A stretch of DNA of 64,000 bases from Cyanophora paradoxa CCMP329 (Eukaryota; Plantae; Glaucophyta). The position numbers were made by a program, and so were the translations under genes. Each line of letters starts with the position of its first letter. The stretch's first letter is position 1. The notes below the pieces were generated by a model. It was not told where the DNA came from. It ran no database searches and saw only the letters and a program-made list of their open reading frames with translations. Positions 35,917 to 47,788 of the stretch are shown here, in pieces. The stretch covers positions 1 through 64,000 of the forward strand of contig QPMI01000116.1 of assembly GCA_004431415.1 (NCBI GenBank), in the 5' to 3' direction.

Positions 35917-38900
35917 CTATTGCCTCCGGGAGTGGTAGAAACGGTAGAAGAGGTACGCGGAGAGGGCGGCGGCGCCGGCGACGACGAGGGGCTTGCCGAT
36001 GCCGCCCTCACCGACGGTCTCGTACGCGCCGTGGGGGCACGCCACGCTGGGCTGCAGCGCCGTCTCGCACATCATGGGGAAGATGTGCGGGTCGCCCAGG
36101 TCGCCCTGCGACACGGCGATGTCCACGGGCGCCGGCAGGTCCGCCCGCTTGCAGAAAGTAAGGGGATCCTCGCCGCTCTGATGCAGGAGGGGGAACTTAA
36201 GAAGAAGGCGGGCGAGAAAGGAAGGAAAGAAAGAAAGAAAGAAAGCATACGGGGAGAACAATCTTGTCCAGCATCGCGTCGCGCTTAGTCTGCACGAAGA
36301 TGCGGGGCACCCGCGGGGGCAGCTTCTCCTGCGCCGAAAGCTGAGCCAAAGAAAGAGAGAAAAGGAGCGGGGCCGGGCGCCGCGCACGCTCATGTCGACG
36401 GCGCGCTGGAACGAGGCCGAGTCGTGGAAGCAGATGCACGCAAGGTCGGCCACGTTCATCTCCTCAGAGGCCAGCAGCCCCTCGCGTTCCGAGAAGGGGA
36501 ACTCGTGCATCTGGGGTACGGGCGTCGGGGGCGGGAGATGGGGGTAGGGGGTACGGGTGCGCACGATGATCGTGACGCGGACCTCCTCGTCCGTGACGTC
36601 AGTTACGGTGGTCATCTGGGGGCGGGGTAAGGACAGGGGTAGGGGGCGTGGCGGCGGGAGGCGCTCGGGCGCTCGGGCTCGCCTGGCATGCAATCTTGCG
36701 CTGCTTTGTGGGCACGTGGGCGGGCTTGTATGGCCGCGCGATGAGGGCGTTGATGAAGGAGCTCTGCGGCCGCCGGCCGTGAGCTTGGCGGGGCGGGCGG
36801 GGCAGGGAAGCGGAGAAGCGGCGCGCCTTGCCCGTCTGCTCGACGCCCAGCACGAAGCAGTTGAAGACGGTGCGCGGGGCGCGCCGGCCGCGGCGGGCGT
36901 CGCCTTTCCTCCGGCCGCCCCGCACGACGCGGACGCACTCCCGGGGATTCTCGGGGAACGCGAGGTGCTGGATGTAGTGCAGCGCCTCGGACGGGTTGCC
37001 CGCGAGGCTCCCGCCCATCTCCGCTGGCGCGTTCAGCCACAGCCTGCGCGCACGGACGGACGGACGCCTCGGCTTAGACAGAAAGAAAGACGCGAAGCCT
37101 GGCCGAGCTGGGCTCAAGAAAGGCGCACGTCCAGCGGCAGAGGAACCCGTCCAGAGTCAGGCGACCCTTCGCGTCCGTCTCGACCACCTCGCCGACCTCC
37201 GCGAGGCTGCCCCACGGGTTCTCTGCGGAAACGGCATGAGAAAGAAAGAAGAAGAGGGGGGCGAGGAGGAGGAGGGGGAACAGGGCGGCTCACTGGGCGT
37301 CCAGGACCAGAGGTCCGCAAGCTCCTGCTCGCTGAGGAGTCCGTCCTTGTCCTTGTCGAAGCGCTCGAAGACCTGCATACAAACAAACAATCAGACGCGT
37401 TCATTTGAGGATACAGCGCAATCTCTGTAATAATAATAAGATCGTGTGAAAAACTAAGGACCTCGGTGAGGAACGCGATGCCGGCCTCGCTCAGCTCAAG
37501 GACCTGCTCCTTGCCGCGCTTCATCCTGCTGGGCGTCAGAGGGGCGCGGGGCGGGGTCGGGGGGTACGCGGGGGGTACGCGGGGGGCGCACTCGGTGATG
37601 GCCGGGTCACGGGTGAGCCGCAGCTGGTCGTCGTACCCGAACTTGCGCAGGATGGTCCAGGTCGTCTCGACGCGACCCTGGGCGCCCCGTCAGCGCCGGA
37701 CAGGCGGGCGGGCGAGCGCGCGGGCGGGGGCGAAGAGGAGGGCGGCGCGCCTTGTGGATGAAGAGAGTGTGGAGGTAGCAGAAGCCAGTGACCGTCAGCC
37801 CGTTCGAGTCGCTTACGCCGTCGGCCGTGTTCGCCCGAACGACGTCCTTGACGCCTTTAACCTCCTCGGTCTACGAGCAAGGCGCGCGATCTTTGTCGGC
37901 AGGGTCCGGAAAGCGGCCGGCGAGCTCGAGGGCGGGCGGGCGGGCGGGCGGGCGCACGCGCAGCGGCTGCCCGAAGCAGTGCAGCTGGAAGGCGTTCAGC
38001 TCGTCGTCGTTGAGGCAGCCGTCCCGGTCCCGGTCGCACATCGCGAAGATGCGCTGCAGCGCCCGCTCGCACTCCGGCCTCAGTTTCTGAGCCCGCGCGC
38101 GTACGGCGGCGTCAGACTGCGGAGCGCATGTGCCTCGCGTACTCAGCCCGCGCGCACGTGTTCGCGGATGTCGTAGATGGGCGCGATGGGATGCAAGACT
38201 GCCTTCTGGGCGAAATAGAAGACCTCGGCAATGTTGAAGACCTGCCGGAGAGGCGTAAGGAGGCGCGGACTGCGTCGCGCGGGGAAAGCAGGGGCCGCGC
38301 GCGCGCCTGCTTGGCGCTGCATTCGATGCACGTCTCGATCTCGCTGAACTCGTTCATGAGCGGCATGATCTGCCCGGGGCCGTGTTAGCGCGGCGGCTCG
38401 CCCCGGCGCCCGGCGGCCCCGCGACCCATCCCCTACGGCGCAAACCTGATTCTCGAGCTCCCCGTTCCGCATCTCGTCGCCGCGCACGTCGATCTTGTTG
38501 CCTGTAAGCACGACCGGAACCTGGGGACGCGAGGAACGGGTCAAAAGGCGCAAACCGGCGAACGGCGCCACACGATGGCTTTAACACGAGCGAAGTCTGC
38601 CGCGAGTCCGAAGGAAAGAAGGCGGAGAAGGACGCACCCCGAGCCCCAGCTTGCGTATCATAGGCATCCAGCGCTCGCGGACCGACGCCAGGGTCGCGTC
38701 GTTGTCAACGGCGTACACAACAATGACCACGTTCGACTTCTTCATCTCCTCTTCCAGCTCGGCCTCGTTGCCCGCTGAGAGAAGCAATAGGCAATCAACC
38801 CACTGAGCCACGCGGCTAGCTTGCGGGCCGCGCACAAGCCGAATCGACGATAGTGATAGTAACCTTCTCGCCGCCGTTCTCAGTGATCTTCACCGGCTGC

Positions 38901-39141
38901 ATAACCTTCGGGAGCTGCGCGGCCAGAGCGGATGCGGTCAGAGCGATGCGGGCGTTGATTCCGACGGCGGCACACGACGAGCGCGTTCGTACCTCCTCCT
39001 GGAATCTCTCGCTGACGAGCGAGTTGATGATTGAGGTCTTTCCGGTCCCCTCTGTGGACGCGCTGTCGTCAGCGAAGTGTCACATGCGCTCACAGGCGAC
39101 AGACCATCTCCGACGACCAGAACTCGAACGTGATTCTTCAT
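35917..39141 (-). CDS. MIRO: Mitochondrial Rho GTPase (Miro/Gem1)
   Basis: VRVLVVGD-GTGKTSII, VLTGNKID, EIETCIECSAK, EVFYFAQKAVLHP, EF-hands DRDRDGCLNDDELNAFQ and FDKDKDGLLSEQEL, GRVETTWTILRKFGY, second GTPase domain, C-terminal TM VVAGAAALSAYLFY plus basic tail. Confidence 0.95.
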
Positions 39142-39467
39142 GGCGGAGAATTCAGCTGCGGCGACAGCTGCGGTACAGCAGGAGGTTCGCGCCGGCGACC
39201 TCGCGGCGTCCTTGCTTGCCGGAGTGACTTCTCTGCGACGCTGGGCGTCAGAGGCCGCTCGCAAAGCTGGCCCAAGCTCGGTGACCCACCCTCCCTTTGC
39301 GTCGACCCGTACCCCTCCGACCGATTTCTACTCCTCGTTGTTCGTCCTAGCCTTCTCCGGTGCGCCGCCGAGCCGCACATCACGCAGCTTGCACGCCATG
39401 CTGACTCGGCCGACAGGCTGTTCGCCCTCCCATCCTCTGTCGCTCGCACTTCCCTCCTCCCGCAACC

Positions 39468-40129
39468 ATGGGCCGCTTCCCCCGCGATCCAAACCTGATG
39501 GAGTTCTATGGCATTGGTGCGTCCCGCCATGGCTCGCGCGGCGTCGGATAGCCGGAGGCAATCGACGTCGCCCCGCTGCGTTTCGAAGTCGCTGCCGGGA
39601 TGATTGACGCCCCGCCGCGTTTCGAACAGGCTGTGACCACTGCGAGGACATGCAGCCGCTCATACACCAGGTCGGCGAGGCTTCCAGACTCTGCGCGCCG
39701 TCGCCGCGCTGACCGGCCGCCCCGCCCACGCAGGTGGAGGCAGAGATTGGGCGCTCATTCGTTCGGTACGAGGTGTGGGAGAACCCGCGGAACCTGAAGA
39801 TCCTTCAGAAGCTGGACCGCGGCATGTGCGGGGGCATCCCGTTCTTCTACAACCGCAAGACCCGCGATTACATCTGCGGAGCGACGACGGCGGACAACCT
39901 GAAGGCGTTCGCGCTCGGCAAGCCGCACGATGCGTTCACGCAGCCGCCGAAGGAGCCCAAGACGTGGGACGACACGAAGAAGGAGCTCGAATCGAACATG
40001 CGGAACGCGGTCAAGCAGGCGCAGACGATGCAGGGCGAGGCCCTCAAGTTCGCCAAGAACCCCGGCGCCTACCTCCAGCGCTTCGCCCCCAAGAAGCCCG
40101 CTCTCGCCGGCGCCGGCAAGAAGAAGTAA
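39468..40129 (+). CDS. Thioredoxin/glutaredoxin-fold protein (CDHC)
   Basis: MGRFPRDPNLMEFYGI-GCDHCEDMQPLIHQ-VEAEIG...EVWEN...CGGIPFFYN...ICGAT. Confidence 0.8.
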
Positions 40130-41347
40130 GCGCCGCATCAACAGCCGACGCTGCGCGCCCAGACGCAGTGCCATTTTTGATGCAGATACATGTAGACAAG
40201 TAGGCTCTTTACAGCATTAGAATTATTCTAAGTTGATCCTCGCCGCGTCGTTCCGCTCAACACTACAGGGGCCGCTTGGGGACATGCAGTCGCTTGGGGA
40301 CAGGATTAGTACTGGATTACGGACGGGTTGTTACGAGTTAAGCGCGGGGGGCTGGCCATGGGCAGCGTTAGCGCTAGAGGATCGGGCAGGCCCAAATTCC
40401 TGAGACTGGAGCTCATGATCAATGTCCGACGCCCAGTCCGGCTTTAACTTGTTCTTGTGATCGCAATGAATTTTTTAAAATTTACTGATCATGAGTGCAT
40501 GCGCGTACCAACTTTGGCAACGTCATTCCGAGTTCCGGCATGCACGGCGTTGCACGCGCGCGCCGCCGCAGCTGCGCGCGCGGCCGGCGCGGGCCGGGCC
40601 CGGGGCCGGCGCCGCCGGCGCCGGGCCATGGCCATCAGGGCATGGCCACGGCGCGGCCCCGGGCATGCCATGATGCGCAGAGCTAGCCTGACCCGGCCCA
40701 CTAGTACTATGGCCGCGGCAGCTGCGACGAAGCTAGTACCAGCTCAGCGGCGTCTATATATAGCCGTTGAGCTTGTATACTGGTCCAAATGCGCATGCAG
40801 CCGCTGATCATGAGCGACTCGGCGAAATACGCGCACTACGAAACGCAGCGGCTTGGCTCGGGCTGAGTCTACTCATACAAACCTCCGGAAGAGCGCGCGC
40901 GCAGCTGCAGGGAAATGTGCATGCGCAAGCGGCAGAAAGGCGACCGGGGGGGGGGTGTAGTGAAGGGGTACGTGTACATTGCACCTTGTTCGTGGGCCGG
41001 CGGTGCAGGCGCGAGGTGAGTGTGCAGAAGAGCTAGCCACAAAGCCCTAAGAGCGATACAAAGTACCGCGAAGCCCCGGCGCGACGCGACCTTCAAAGCT
41101 TAGACCTGCGGCGACCCGGACTTCGCTTTCCCGCACGCTTCCCCGCGTTCGAGATTCAAAGCTGACCTATCCGGCAGGCGGGCAGCCCGCAGGGAAAGGC
41201 CGAGCTTCGCATCAGCCGGACTAGGCCCTCTTCGAGGTTATGAGCAGCACCCGGCGTGTCCGAGAGATCTGAGCGCGACAACGTGTCACGCCCGCGAGCC
41301 AGCGCGGGCTGTAGACACGACGGGCGGCGGCGCGGCCGCTCTGGACG

Positions 41348-42105
41348 ATGCAGGCGCAGCAGTCTTTCCTACAACCTGGCAAACCGCTCGATGATGCATC
41401 TCTGAGCGGTTCCGGGGTCAGCTCTGTGCCGAACCAAGCTAGTGCGCTGACCCGACCCCCGGGGTCACCGCCCTCGAGGTCTAAGCTGACGGTTTCCGCG
41501 TGTCCTTGTTGTATCCTCGCAGCTACCATCTCGCCAGTTTACGAAACTGTGCGCATGATGAACGCTCGGCACACCCAGGCCGGCCAGAATGGTGCTCATC
41601 CCTTCCCTCGCCAGCACCTTCAGCGTCGCTGACCACATGCATCTCTTTCGATTCGTCCCTTTGCGCATCTTCTTTCTCGTTTGCTTCCGCGCGAACAGGA
41701 GTGATCGGCGCTGCTGGCGTTCCCGCACAGGCGATGCAACAAGCACAAAGCTCGAAGGTCATGGCCGCGGTGGGCTTCTTTCCTGCCTTTCCTCACTCTT
41801 TCCTCTCGCTATTGCGGCTCATTACTGCACACATTGCTCTTCGTGCAGGCCACCCAGGCGCAGCTTAGTCAGGCTGCGGCGCTGGGCTATCAAGTCCAAG
41901 GCCTGACGATGGCGCGAGGCCCCGGAGCGGGTGACGCGATGGTGGCAGGCTCCCAGCTCGGAACCGCTGGGTCGCATCTCCGCGCGGCCGCTGGCGGTCA
42001 GCTCGCGGGCGGCGCGGCAGGGTGGACAGCAGCCCAGGCGGCGAATGCGGTCGCGTCGCAAGGCGGCAGCGCGATGCAGGCGAGCTATTACCAAGCCGCT
42101 CTACT

Positions 42106-42138
<33 letters not shown>

Positions 42139-45100
42139 GCAAGCGGCGGCCACGGCGCAGCACCAGCAGCAGCAACAACAACAGCAGGCAGCGGTGGGCG
42201 GGACGACAGTCCAGCAGGCGCAGACCGCCGCGCACCAGCAGACCGCGCAGCAGGCCGCGCAGCAGAAGCAGCAGCAACAGGCGCACGCGCTGGCGGCGCA
42301 GCGACAGATGCTCTTGGCGGCGCAGGCGGCGGGCAAGGACGCGGCGGGAATGGTCGCGGTGCAGTCTGCCGGGGGCGGCCCGAGCCTCGTCGTGCCCGCG
42401 GCGTACCTGTCGGCCCTGGCCGCGTCGGGGGCCTCGCCGCAGCAACAGCAGCAGCACCTGATCTACCTGCAGCAGCACCAGCAGCTGGCGGTGCAGCAGC
42501 AGGCGGCCCTGAAGCAGCAACAGGCGGTCGCACTTCAACAGCAGGCCACCGCGGCGCAGCAGGCGCAGGCGCACGTCCAGGGCCATGCGCAAGGGCAGGC
42601 GATGTCTGGGGGGCTACAGGCGCAGCTCCAGGCCCAAATGCACGCCCAGGGCCAGGGCCAGTCCTCGTCTCAGGGGCAGCTGCAACAGCAACAGCAACAG
42701 CAGCAAGCGGCGGTGGCCGCGGCGCAGCAGCAGCAACAACTGCAGCAGCAGCATCAGCAGCAGGCGGCGCTCGCCGGCGGGATGCAGGGGTCGCAAGGGC
42801 AGGCGGCTATGGCGAAGCAGCTCGGTGCACCCTCCGCTGCTAGCGCCGCGCAACTGGTGCAGCATCAGCAGCAGCAGTACGTCGCGCAGCAGCAGGCTCA
42901 ACTTGCGGCCGCGCAGCAGCAGCAGCAGCAAGCGGCGGCGCAGGGGCAGGGTCAGACATCTCTCCAGGCGTCCCAGCAGTCATCTTCCGCGCAGCAGAGC
43001 ATGGTGGCATATGCTCGACAGCTCTCGATGCTCACCGCTCAGCAGCAGGCATCCAACGCGGCCGCAATGCAGGCCGGCGGCGGCGGCGGCGGCGGCGGCT
43101 ACGGTGGCTCGGTTGGGGGGAGCTCGGTCGTTATCGCGGGTCCTGGCGCGGCCGCTGCGGCTGCGGCGGGCAACCTGGCCGGCCCTGGGGCGGCGGCGGC
43201 GGCCGTAGCAGCGGCGGCGAATCTAGCGGGCCCCGGTGCGGCGGCGGCAGCAGCAGCAGTGGCGGCGGCGTCGGGCGGGATTCCCGCGACGTCGATGCAC
43301 GCGTACCAAGTCGACCAGCAGCGGCGGCTGGCGATGTTGAGGGAGGCGGAGCTGGCGCGGACGGGGCGGCTGGCGGGGCCCGGCGCGGCGGCGGCGGTTG
43401 CGCAGGCCAACGCGGCGCTCGGCATGCCTATGAACGCGGCCCTCCTCCAGCAGCAGCAGCTTCTGCAGCAGCAGCAGCAGCAGCGCGCGCAGATGCGGAG
43501 CGCCGCCGGCGCGTCCGCCGGCCCGATGGCGGCGGCAGCGGCGGCCGCGGCGGCGCAGGCGCAGGCGCAGGGCATGTCGCGGCACGGCGCGCTCGCCATG
43601 CTTCAGCAGCAGCAACAGCAGCACGCTGCGGCGGGGATGCAGCAGGATCAGGCGGCGGCGGCGGCGGCGGCGGCGGCGGGGCAGGCCCAGCAAGCGGCAA
43701 GCCAGAGGGCGGGCGGGTCGCCGGCGAGCACTCCCGCCAGCGCGTCTCGGAAGCGAGCGGCGGACGGCGGGTCGTCATCCAGCTCCAAACAGGCCAAGCA
43801 ACAGCAGCAGCAGCAACAGCAGCAGCAACAACATCAACAGCAGCAGTTGCAGCAGCAGCAACAGCAGCAACAGCAGATGCAGCAAATGCAGCAGCAGCAG
43901 CTGCAGTTGCAGCAGCAGCAGCAGTTGCAGCAGCAACAGCAGTTGCAGCAGCAGCAGCAGTTGCAGCAGCAGCAGCAGTTGCAGCAACAGCAGTTGCAGC
44001 AGCAGCAGCAATTGCAGCAGCAACAGCAGCAGCAGCAGCAGCAGCCGGCGGCGCCTCGGCTTCCCGACGCGGGACCTTCAAACGCGGCGGGGTCGGCAGC
44101 GGCGGCGGCATCCTCGGCGGGGGCGGTAGCGGCGGCGCAGAAGCGGAAGCACGGGGAGATCGCGGGCCCTGCTGCGGAGGCGGCGGCGGCGGCGCAGGCG
44201 CAGGCGCAGGCGCAGGCGCAGGCGCAGGCGGCGGCGGCGGCGCAGCAGGCGGCGCGGGGCGACCTGCGCGCCGAGCTCGACCGGGTCCTGCGGGAGCGCT
44301 TCGCGCAGGACACGACGGCGGTGGCCCGGCCCAACTACACGGCGCCCTTCGCCAGCCTGCGTGACGTCATCGCGCGGCTCGTACCCTACCACGCCTACTA
44401 CGAGCCCGAGGCCCCCGGCACCAACCTCGACCAACACCAGAAGCAATGCGCGTACCCCTCCATCCCCTCCTCCGCCTCTCCGGCAGCCGATCGGCTGGCT
44501 GACCGGGCGCGACGCGCAGGGGCCGCCAAGGTGGAGCAGCAGGCCGCGAGCTTCGCCAAGCGGATCGAGGCGCTCGAGAGCCGTTTCCAGCGCGCCGTGC
44601 GGCACGCCCCGGGGGAGGAGCCGCCCGCCGAGGAGCAGCTCCTCATGGCGTGCGTACCCCCCTTCTTTTTTCCTCCCGTTCGCCCTTTCCCCGCCCGCGC
44701 CGACCGTACGTCTTTCCGCCCCGCAGGCGGCTCCTGAACGAGTCCATCATCGACGAGAACAGGAAGGAGATGGGCCTACCCCTGCTCTGCGACATGGAGG
44801 GCGGGCCGGGACCCGACGGGCGCATCCAGAACCCCGTGCCGCCGACGCCCCCGCCGCCGCCGGAGCCCGTGCCCGAGAAGGCCTTCGTACCCCCCTCCAA
44901 GTCGTCCCTCTCCGGCCCGACGCCGACGCGGGCGGCGGCGGCGGCGGCGCGCGGGCGCATGCGCGAGCTGCCGGAGGACGACGACGGGGACGGGGACGGC
45001 GGCGGGGGCGGAGGCGGGGGCGGGGGCGGCAGCCGCCCCGGCCCGTCGCTGGCGGCGCAGGCGGCGGCGGCGGCGCGCGGGGACGGGCCCGTGCCCATGG

Positions 45101-47090
45101 GGGGACGCCCTCCTCCACGGCGCGGCGGGGCCCCGGCCCTCGTCCTCGTCCGCCTCGCGGCGGGGCCGGCCGTCGGCGGGGACGCCCGTCGGGCGGCCCT
45201 CGTCCTCCGGCTCCGGCCGCCCCAAGTCGTCTCCGCCGCCGGCGACGTCGACGCGGAGCGGGCGGCCGATCCGCGCGGCGCGGGCGCGGCGGAGGCGCGA
45301 CGACGAGTGGGACTCGGGCAGCGATGCCGACGCGGCGGCGGAGGAGAAGGAGAAGGACAAGGGCCGCGGCGAGGACGAGGTGAGTGCGGGTTCGCTGAGC
45401 CCGGGGCCCTGGCCGTGCTGACGCGGGCCCGGCCGCCCGCAGGACTACGCGGTAGAGGCTGGGGAGGACGAGGACGACGAGGACGAGTTCGAGGAGGAGG
45501 AGGAGGAGGAGGAGGAGGAGGACGAGCGGCCGCGGCGGCGCGGCGGCGCGAAGCGGGGCGGCGGGGCCGCCTCCCAGCGTGGCGCGAAGCGGCCGGTCGG
45601 GAGGCCCCGATCGGCGGCGGCGGCGGCGGCGGCGCAGCCGCGCCCGTCGCGCTCCTCGTCCGCGGCGGCGCTGCAGGCGCCGGCGCCGCCGCTGCCGGGC
45701 CCCGGAGCTCTCGGGGCGGGCGCGAGTCCGAGGGACCCGAGGAAGGTGGTCAGGGCGCCGGATCGTCGGCGCAGTCTGCGGCGGTGCGGGTCTCGGGCGG
45801 GAGCGGCGGCAGCGGCGGCGGCGGCGGCGGCGGCGGCGCGGCCCAGCGGGTGCAGAGGGTGGGCGTCCTGCCGCCCGGGACGGCGGCGGCGGCCGTGGCG
45901 CAGGCTCGGCAGCGGGCGGCGCAGAGCGCTGCCGGCGGCGGCGGCGGCGGCGGCGGCGGGTCCGGCGGGTCGGCCGGGGGCGAGGACCCGAGCGCACAGC
46001 GGGCGCGGGTCCCACAGCTGGCCGGCCCCGGGGCGGCGGCGGCGGCGGCCGGCGCGGCGATGGCCGGCCTGGGGCCCATGTCCCACCCGCTGGCGGCGCA
46101 GGTCCAGGCTCAGGCGCAGGCGCAGGCGCAGGCTCAGGCGCAGCAGCGGGCCATGATGGCCGCTATGTACGGGCAGAACGCCCTCGCGATGGGCAGCGGC
46201 GCCGCCGCCGCCGGCGGCGGCCTCGGCATGGACCCATACGCCTTCTTCGGGATGGGCCCGATGGGCCCGATGGGCGGCATGGGCGGCGGCGCCGGCGGCC
46301 AGTCGGCGCTGGGCATCCAGGCGGCCTACATCCAGCACCAGCGGCGGGTCCTCGCGCAGCAGCACGCGGCGCAGGCGCAGGGCGGCATGCTGCAGCTCCA
46401 GCCCATGATGCACCAGTACTCGGCCCACGGTCACGTCCAGCAGCTCTCCCCGCGCGACCCGGCGGCCGCGGCCGCCGCCGGCGGCGGCGGCGCCCGGCGC
46501 TCCCCCGCCATATCGCCCGCCAACTCCCCGCGAACCACCCCTCCCCTACCACCAGCAGCGGAGCCCGGAGATCCCGGCGCCCTCCGCCGCCGCCGCCGCC
46601 GCCTCGCCCGGCCCGCCCCGCCCCAGACTGGCGGCGGCGCCGGCGACAACGGGGACGACGACGGAGCAGACGAGGAGCCTCAGGCGGCGGCCCCGCGCGC
46701 CCAGCAGCCAGCCGGCGCCGGCGCCGGCGCCGGCCCCGCGGCGCCGTCCGCCCAGCAGCAGGCACAAGCCCAGGCCCAGGCCCAGGCCCAGGCGCAGGGC
46801 GCCAAGCCCGGCGGCGGCGGCGGCGCCGGCGCGCCGGCGCCGGCGCCCTCGCCCTCGCCGGCGCCCTCGAGCGCCGTGGCGGACGCGGAGGCGGCGGACG
46901 CGGAGGGCGGGCTGGCCGGCGAGGGCGCCGAGGCCTCCGTCGGCGACCTCCTGGGCGAGCCCGAGGCGCCCCAGCAACCCGCCTGGGACGGTGCGATTGA
47001 TTCCTTCTCAATCGATTTACTTTTGGTGTACCCCGACCCCTTTTTTGCTGACGCCGACGTACCCCGGCAGACATATTCCGCTTCGAGTGA
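41348..47090 (+). CDS. PolyQ/polyA-rich protein with GLTSCR1 (BICRA/BRIP-like) domain, putative ncBAF-type SWI/SNF subunit
   Basis: RPNYTAPFASLRDVIARLVPYHAY (~44325-44400) fits the GLTSCR1 signature PDY.TPF.S..DA..RLLPYH, followed by EEQLLMA-RLLNE. Long polyQ tracts. Start and last exon (DIFRFE*) inferred. Confidence 0.75.
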
Positions 47091-47788
47091 TCGCGAGGCG
47101 CCCACTCTTCCCCTTACCCTCCCTGGCACCCCAACACTGCCTGCCCTGCCGTGCCGTGCCATCCATTGTATCTTTTCCCGCCCCTCGCGCCCGTCCGCTT
47201 CGGATCCCGTTCCGCATCCCTCGCTCCTCTGCCCTCCCTCCCAGGCCCATTCAACGCTTTTTTCGTCAAGGAGAAGCGTTACATATACGAGCTGAGATAC
47301 CATGATAGCTGCTCTGTCCCTGGGACACTAGCCTAGTTCGGTAGCAGATCTAGACGTCTTATTTTTATGTGCAGAAATGGCTTGAGCGTGAGAGGAACTT
47401 CGAGCTCAGCGCGGCGCATGCGCAATCGAATTCGAAGAGCGTCACGTGCACAGCGCAGCGAGCGGCGACGAATTCGAAGTCGGACGGGAAGCGAACGCAG
47501 AGACGCGATACCCCCGCTCCGCGTACCGTGCGGCGTACGGCTGGACCGTCGGACGTCGGCCGCGCAATTGCAAGCTTAAGGCCGATCACTCAGCGGTCTA
47601 TAGCTAGATCTCGAGCTCGAATGGTCCCTCCGGCCTTCGCAGCGGGCGCGTTAGTTAGCGGAGAGCGAAGATCGACCTGGCTGGGTCAGCAGCTGCGGTT
47701 GCTGCGCGCGGTCGATGCCGGCGCGCGATGCACTGGTCCGCGGGCGGATGCGGCCTCGACCGCAGCGGCTGCTGATCACTCAGCGAAC

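Noticed and set aside
40259-40305. CACTAC-starting sequence with a duplicated cgcttggggaca
   Set aside because: No partner end; too short to call a CACTA element.
42088-44334. Antisense poly-Leu/poly-Cys ORFs
   Set aside because: Shadow frames of the CAG-rich polyQ sense gene.
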